Assembly: GCA_003858585.1 (NCBI GenBank) | Contig: RQZE01000005.1 | Coordinates: forward strand, 106,883-138,882 | DNA: 32,000 nucleotides | Reading direction: 5' to 3' | Source: Erysipelotrichaceae bacterium OH741_COT-311 | GTDB taxonomy: Bacteria; Bacillota_I; Bacilli_A; Erysipelotrichales; Erysipelotrichaceae | Shown: positions 28,255-32,000 of the stretch, in pieces | Numbering within the stretch: the first letter of the stretch is position 1 | Layout of the letters: every line of letters starts with the position of its first letter | Notes under the pieces: model-generated | Told to the model about the DNA's origin: nothing | Databases searched by the model: none | Seen by the model: the letters and a program-made list of their open reading frames with translations, nothing else | Translations under genes and position numbers: made by a program

Positions 28255-28824
28255 TTATTTTACAACAACTCTATCTTCAATAACTTCCTTGTTTTTAGCA
28301 GCAGGTTCACTACCAATTCCACCAAAAGGCATTTGTGCAATCAGTTTGTAATGTTCAGGAACGTTAAATAACTCTTTTACTTTTTTATCAATTATCGGAT
28401 TATAGTGTTGAAGTGAAGCTCCAATTCCAAGCTCTCTCAATGCAGACCAAATACTAATTTGTAGCATGCCGTTAGCTTGATTTGCCCATACCGGAAAATT
28501 ATCTGCATACAAAGCAAATTGCTCTTGAAGAGATTTTACAACCTGTTCATCATAAAAATATAATACTGTCCCGGCACCAGCTTTGAAAGAATCAATTTTC
28601 TCTCTTGGCACTTGTCCTTCAAATACATTATAAATTTCATCCCAGAGTAAATCATGTTGTTCTTCCAAAGCAACAACAACTCTTGCACTCTTCATATCAA
28701 ATGCATCTGGAACTAATTCAGTAACTTTTTTAATTGTATCTACTACTTGTTCTGTAGAAACAGGTAACTGTTTGTTGATGTTATAATATGTTCTTCTTTT
28801 TTCTAGTGATTTAATAATATTCAT
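28255..28824 (-). CDS. Nitroreductase family protein (NAD(P)H-flavin oxidoreductase fold)
   Basis: 189 aa. N-terminus IIKSLEKRRTYYNINKQLP resembles the RRS/T FMN-binding start of nitroreductases, and SALRELGIGASLQHYNP resembles the conserved core. Family call is from motif recognition only. Confidence 0.75.
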   Translation of the reverse strand: MNIIKSLEKRRTYYNINKQLPVSTEQVVDTIKKVTELVPDAFDMKSARVVVALEEQHDLLWDEIYNVFEGQVPREKIDSFKAGAGTVLYFYDEQVVKSLQEQFALYADNFPVWANQANGMLQISIWSALRELGIGASLQHYNPIIDKKVKELFNVPEHYKLIAQMPFGGIGSEPAAKNKEVIEDRVVVK

Positions 28825-28845
28825 TTCTATTCTCCTTTAATTAAT

Positions 28846-29670
28846 TTATTTAATAAATGTTCCTTCTTGAAGCTCCATAAATGCTTGTCTTAATTCTTTC
28901 TCTGTATTCATTACAATTGGTCCACCCCAAGAAATGTCTTCACTTAGCTTTTTTGAACCGATAAACAGTATTTTAGCTTTCTTTTCTTTTGATTCCAGTG
29001 TTACAGAAGTACCGCTGGTTAATTTAACAGCTGTTTTTTCTGCAATATGTTCCTGATTGATATTGATATCAGATTCAAGTGTAAACAGCATAACGGAATC
29101 ATCAAAATCGGTTTCTAGTTCAAACTTTGTATTTGGTTCTAATTCAATATCATAGTAATTTAATGGTAAATATTTACCTTGAAATCCTTTATGATCTTTA
29201 TAACTACCGGCAAGAACTCGAAGTTTTCCACCCTCCAGTGCCACTTCCGGAATTTGATTATTTTTTATACAATGATATTCCGGTGCAACCATTTTTTTAT
29301 CTGACGGTAAGTTTAACCAAAGTTGTACTCCTAATAAGCGATCACTTGCAGGAAGCTGTTCTTCGTGTAAAATTCCAGAACCTGCTGTCATCCATTGTAC
29401 TTCTCCATCAGATACCGTATCTTCAAATCCTAAATTATCCTTATGTTTCATTTTTCCTTTATAAACATAACTTATCGTTTCAATTCCACGATGAGGATGC
29501 ATAGGAAAGCCCGCAATATAATCTGATGGATTTGTGCTATCAAAGGAATCCAACATTAATATGGGATCAAACTCATGCATTGTACTACGCCCTAATACAC
29601 GAACCAGTTTTACGCCGGCACCATCTGTAGTACGAAAACCAACAACTTTATTTTGTATTTGTCTCTTCAT
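28846..29670 (-). CDS. Pirin family protein (bicupin, metal-binding)
   Basis: 274 aa with GFPMHPHRGIETISYVYKG...VQWMTAGSGILHEE, the His/Glu metal site pattern of pirins. The C-terminal GPIVMNTEKELRQAF motif is also typical. Confidence 0.88.
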   Translation of the reverse strand: MKRQIQNKVVGFRTTDGAGVKLVRVLGRSTMHEFDPILMLDSFDSTNPSDYIAGFPMHPHRGIETISYVYKGKMKHKDNLGFEDTVSDGEVQWMTAGSGILHEEQLPASDRLLGVQLWLNLPSDKKMVAPEYHCIKNNQIPEVALEGGKLRVLAGSYKDHKGFQGKYLPLNYYDIELEPNTKFELETDFDDSVMLFTLESDININQEHIAEKTAVKLTSGTSVTLESKEKKAKILFIGSKKLSEDISWGGPIVMNTEKELRQAFMELQEGTFIK

Positions 29671-30106
29671 TTATTTTTCCACCAACTTTCTTCATAAGAA
29701 ATAATAAGGTACTCTTCTCTTCTTCTGTTAATACACCAAGATATTTTTTAATCATTGCTTTATTTTTTGGAACAATTTCTTGTATAATTTTTTTTCCTTC
29801 GTTTGTCAAACTCATTCTACATATTCTTCGATCATGCATATCTGAACAACGTTGTACATATTTCATTTTAACAAGATTATTGATAATGACTGGTATAGTT
29901 CCCATACTACTTAAAATATGTTCCCTAATTTCTCCAACTGACATATCACCTTTACTATATAAAGCTTCTAAAACAGCAAATTGACTAAACGTCAAACCAT
30001 GTTCTGAAGCTATTTTTGATGTCTGTTTATCAATACGATTAATATTTCGATGCATTCCTACAAGAATTCTAAGTTCAATATCATTCATATTTGTACTCTC
30101 TTTCAT
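29648..30106 (-). CDS. MarR family transcriptional regulator
   Basis: 152 aa with a winged-HTH pattern LTFSQFAVLEALYSKGDMSVGEIREHILSSMGTIPVIINNLVKMKYVQRCSDMHDRR. The first ATG (30106) has no SD, so the ATG at 30088 (MNDIELR...) is an alternative start. Its 3' end overlaps the pirin start by 23 nt. Confidence 0.88.
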   Translation of the reverse strand: MKESTNMNDIELRILVGMHRNINRIDKQTSKIASEHGLTFSQFAVLEALYSKGDMSVGEIREHILSSMGTIPVIINNLVKMKYVQRCSDMHDRRICRMSLTNEGKKIIQEIVPKNKAMIKKYLGVLTEEEKSTLLFLMKKVGGKINEETNTK

Positions 30107-30120
30107 GTATGTTGTAGATA

Positions 30121-30154
30121 TATCTAATTAGATAATATCTAATTAGATATTATC
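30121..30154. promoter_or_regulatory. Tandem overlapping palindromic operators (probable MarR autoregulatory sites)
   Basis: TATCTAATTAGATA occurs twice, at 30121-30134 and 30136-30149, with centres 15 bp apart. The second copy extends to a perfect 24-bp palindrome GATAATATCTAATTAGATATTATC (30131-30154). That palindrome covers the -10 of the marR promoter. Confidence 0.65.
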
Positions 30155-30175
30155 ATGTGGATATTTCTTTGTCAA
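30147..30175 (-). promoter_or_regulatory. SigA-type promoter of marR-pirin-nitroreductase
   Basis: Minus strand reads TTGACA (30175-30170), a 17-nt spacer ending in TGA (extended -10 TG), then TAATAT (30152-30147). Confidence 0.65.
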
Positions 30176-30210
30176 CATATTTTTTCAATTTTTTTATATT
30201 AGAATCTCCT

Positions 30211-30242
30211 AAAAAGAATAGCCCCTGTTCATAGGGGCTATT
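30211..30242 (-). terminator. Rho-independent terminator of the arsC-like/methyltransferase/acidic-protein operon
   Basis: GC-containing 10-bp stem AATAGCCCCT (30217-30226) / AGGGGCTATT (30233-30242) with a 6-nt loop. On the minus strand it is followed by CTTTTT. It lies 14 nt after the stop at 30257. Confidence 0.8.
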
Positions 30243-30256
30243 TATTGTATTATTAA

Positions 30257-30955
30257 CTAGATAAGTTCTAAAGAGTAACCTAAGTATTCACCATTTAAAA
30301 TTTTTGTATGATTTGCAACATCCAAAATATTATGAATAATAGTTCCTTCGTTTACAAATAAACCTTTTGTAATCTTAAGTGTCAAGTTATACTCATCAAC
30401 ATCACAACTATAACCGTCTCCCTTTGCATCTTCTACAAAATGGTATAATTCATTTGTATTTTTAAACTTCATATGATGATAAACATTGATATGACTACCA
30501 ATTGGATATTCATAATCATAAGCTTCTTTTTGATTTGAAATTAAAGATTTAAAATCGTCATCTAAGTTTGTATAAGTTTCGTGTTGTTGAAATTGATAAG
30601 GTGCTTCATTCTGATGAAGTGCCGGATCTTCTTGTACTTCTGATTGAGCAAATGAAAGTGGCTCCTCTTTATGATGACACTCACATTGACAATTTTCATC
30701 CTCTCCATCACAACATTCACAAGATTCCTTTAAATCTTGTTGAATTTCGCTTTCTCCATCTTCATTGTGATAAATACTACTCTCTTCAGTTAAAGAACTC
30801 TGTTGTTCTTCTTCATCTTCTTGTGAATCTTCAATCGTATGAAGAATTTTTTCTTCACTATCTTCCTTGTTTACCTCTACCTTCACAAACTTCTTTACTA
30901 AATAAACTGTTGCAGATGCGATAGCTGCCAAACCTACTAATGTTTTAAATTTCAT
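30257..30955 (-). CDS. Hypothetical membrane-anchored acidic protein with a Cys/His cluster and an RraB-like C-terminal domain
   Basis: 232 aa. It has one N-terminal hydrophobic helix (LVGLAAIASATVYLV), then a D/E/Q/S-rich linker. A CECCDGEDENCQCECHH cluster is encoded at 30671-30721. The C-terminal approximately 85 aa (VYHHMKF...HFVEDAKGDGY...ILDVANHTKILNGEYLGY) resembles the RraB pattern as I remember it. An ATGA overlap joins it to the upstream gene. Confidence 0.6.
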   Translation of the reverse strand: MKFKTLVGLAAIASATVYLVKKFVKVEVNKEDSEEKILHTIEDSQEDEEEQQSSLTEESSIYHNEDGESEIQQDLKESCECCDGEDENCQCECHHKEEPLSFAQSEVQEDPALHQNEAPYQFQQHETYTNLDDDFKSLISNQKEAYDYEYPIGSHINVYHHMKFKNTNELYHFVEDAKGDGYSCDVDEYNLTLKITKGLFVNEGTIIHNILDVANHTKILNGEYLGYSLELI

Positions 30956-31536
30956 AATGTATTCTCCTTTATTTTCAATATCATTATACCATCTCCAATA
31001 TCTGGATAATAGCTACAACTATAATTTGGATTCTCTAATGTTTCTTCTATAAATTTTTTAATTTTTTTTACTAGCTGTTTAGTATTTCTACTTTTACACA
31101 ATTCCGGATGTTCTACTAACCCATGAAAAGCTAAATTATCAAAAAAGAAAACACCATGATTTGCTAAATTCTTTTTAAATTTTTTCAGATACTTTCCATA
31201 TTGAGCTTTAGCTGCATCTACAAAAATTAAATCAAAAAGTTCATTTGTCTCAAAATCATCAATATTCATATTATGAATAACAATTCGATTTTCTAAACCC
31301 TCATATTTGATGTTTTTTTGAGCTTCTTTATAAAGTTCTTCTTTCTTTTCTATGGTAACAATTTGAATAGCTTTATCTAACTTTGCCATTTGAATTGCCG
31401 AGTAACCAATAGCGCTTCCTAACTCTAAAATCTTTTTACAACGATAATCATTAATTGTTTTTAACAAAAAAATTAATCCTTCATCCTGAATAATTGGTAC
31501 ATGATGCTCTTTAGCATATTCTTTCAACGACACCAT
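30952..31536 (-). CDS. Class I SAM-dependent O-methyltransferase, family 3 (TrmR/YrrM-like)
   Basis: 194 aa. EHHVPIIQDEGLIFLL...KKILELGSAIGYSAIQMA...LIFVDAAKAQY...DNLAFHGLV...IGDGIMI parallels the B. subtilis YrrM (TrmR) motifs as recalled. Confidence 0.82.
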   Translation of the reverse strand: MVSLKEYAKEHHVPIIQDEGLIFLLKTINDYRCKKILELGSAIGYSAIQMAKLDKAIQIVTIEKKEELYKEAQKNIKYEGLENRIVIHNMNIDDFETNELFDLIFVDAAKAQYGKYLKKFKKNLANHGVFFFDNLAFHGLVEHPELCKSRNTKQLVKKIKKFIEETLENPNYSCSYYPDIGDGIMILKIKENTL

Positions 31537-31880
31537 TATAATGCTTGATAATCCTCTTGTTTATAGCCTACAAGAACTTTGTTTTCTTTTACAAAAATTG
31601 GACGTTTCACCAACATACCATCTTGTGACAACAATTCAAGTTTTTCATCAAACGACATTTCTTTTTTTCTTTGAGATAAGTTTAATTCTTTATACTTTAA
31701 ACCTGATGTATTAAAAAACTTATCAATTGCCAAGCCACTTTTAGAAATCCACTCCCTTAATTCTTCTTTACTAGGGTTATCTTCTTTTATATCTCTTAGT
31801 GTGTACTTTATCTTTTTTTCATCAAGATGGTTCTGTGCTTTTTTACAAGTAGAACATTTTGAATAACATAGAAATAACAT
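31536..31880 (-). CDS. ArsC/Spx/YffB-family thioredoxin-fold protein with N-terminal CxxC
   Basis: 114 aa. CSTCKKAQNHLDEKKIKY...NTSGLKYKEL...LLSQDGMLVKRPI...LVGYKQEDY matches the ArsC family (PF03960-type) pattern. A TAATG overlap joins it to the methyltransferase gene. Confidence 0.82.
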   Translation of the reverse strand: MLFLCYSKCSTCKKAQNHLDEKKIKYTLRDIKEDNPSKEELREWISKSGLAIDKFFNTSGLKYKELNLSQRKKEMSFDEKLELLSQDGMLVKRPIFVKENKVLVGYKQEDYQAL

Positions 31881-31907
31881 CTAAAATCCTCCTTATGACT
31901 AATAAAA

Positions 31908-31916
31908 ATTATACCA
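31908..31916 (-). promoter_or_regulatory. Extended -10 promoter element for the arsC-like operon
   Basis: Minus strand reads TGGTATAAT. The only -35-like hexamer (TTGATA) lies 19 nt away, inside the 5S terminator stem. An AAGGAGG SD follows about 20 nt downstream. Confidence 0.5.
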
Positions 31917-31921
31917 CATAA

Positions 31922-31949
31922 AATAAAAAAGATATCAAAAGATATCTTT
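31922..31949 (-). terminator. Rho-independent terminator after the 5S rRNA
   Basis: Stem AAAGATATC (31928-31936) / GATATCTTT (31941-31949) with loop AAAA. On the minus strand it is followed by TTTTTTATTTT. Confidence 0.7.
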
Positions 31950-31957
31950 AAAGAAAA

Positions 31958-32000
31958 CTTGGCAACGTGCTAGTTTCACTATCGCAAGGGATAGCTATAA
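31958..32000 (-). rRNA. rrf: 5S ribosomal RNA, 3'-terminal about 43 nt only (gene continues beyond the window)
   Basis: Minus strand reads ...CCCTTGCGATAGTGAAACTAGCACGTTGCCAAGTT. It resembles recalled 5S 3' ends from B. subtilis (...CCCCTGTGAGAGTAGGACGCCGCCAAGC) and Mycoplasma (...GAGAAAATAGCAAGCTGCCAGTT). A terminator follows immediately. Confidence 0.65.

Noticed and set aside
29127-29504. 125-aa plus-strand ORF antisense to the pirin gene
   Set aside because: It lies entirely inside the pirin CDS, whose metal-site motifs are intact. The antisense product is Tyr/Leu/Phe-rich with no domain-like pattern.
30568-30924. 118-aa plus-strand ORF antisense to the acidic hypothetical gene
   Set aside because: It is the mirror of GAA/GAT-rich codons (giving Leu/Phe/His runs) and has no SD. 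The minus-strand ORF has translational coupling, a TM helix and a domain-like C-terminus, so it is the better model. This is the least certain of the antisense rejections.
1-32000. Search for CRISPR repeats, transposase/integrase genes, IS inverted repeats, prophage, toxin-antitoxin or defence-system genes
   Set aside because: I saw no regularly spaced direct repeats, no recombinase-, nuclease-, helicase- or ATPase-type accessory ORFs, and no long terminal inverted repeats. Every ORF longer than 100 aa on the coding strand is accounted for by housekeeping or small-metabolism functions. The only uncharacterised protein is the 232-aa ORF at 30257-30955.

Overview
Chromosomal segment of a low-GC Gram-positive bacterium (Bacillota). 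The missing L30 gene and a Mollicutes-like 5S 3' end suggest an Erysipelotrichia-type organism, but that is inference only. All genes except one are on the minus strand. In transcription order (right to left) the window holds: (1) the 3' end of a 5S rRNA with its terminator; (2) a translationally coupled trio of an ArsC/Spx-fold CxxC protein, a TrmR/YrrM-like O-methyltransferase, and a membrane-anchored hyper-acidic Cys/His-cluster protein; (3) a marR-pirin-nitroreductase operon with tandem palindromic operators over its promoter; (4) ecfA1-ecfA2-ecfT-truA; (5) a complete S10-spc-alpha ribosomal cluster, rpsJ to rplQ, including secY, adk, map, infA, rpmJ and rpoA but no rpmD; (6) glgB-glgP; (7) a Hly-III channel protein, the only plus-strand gene; (8) livJ-livH-livM-livG-livF, a branched-chain amino acid ABC transporter, followed by a coupled CBS-pair/ACT protein cut by the window edge. 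I found no CRISPR array, transposase, integrase, phage or recognisable defence genes, so this is mostly core, ordinary sequence. The best candidate for undescribed biology is the small coupled operon at 30.26-31.88 kb, mainly its 232-aa terminal protein. This is a modest candidate, not a clear novel system. All promoter, terminator and operator calls come from reading the sequence by eye. All homology statements rest on recognised motifs, not database searches.
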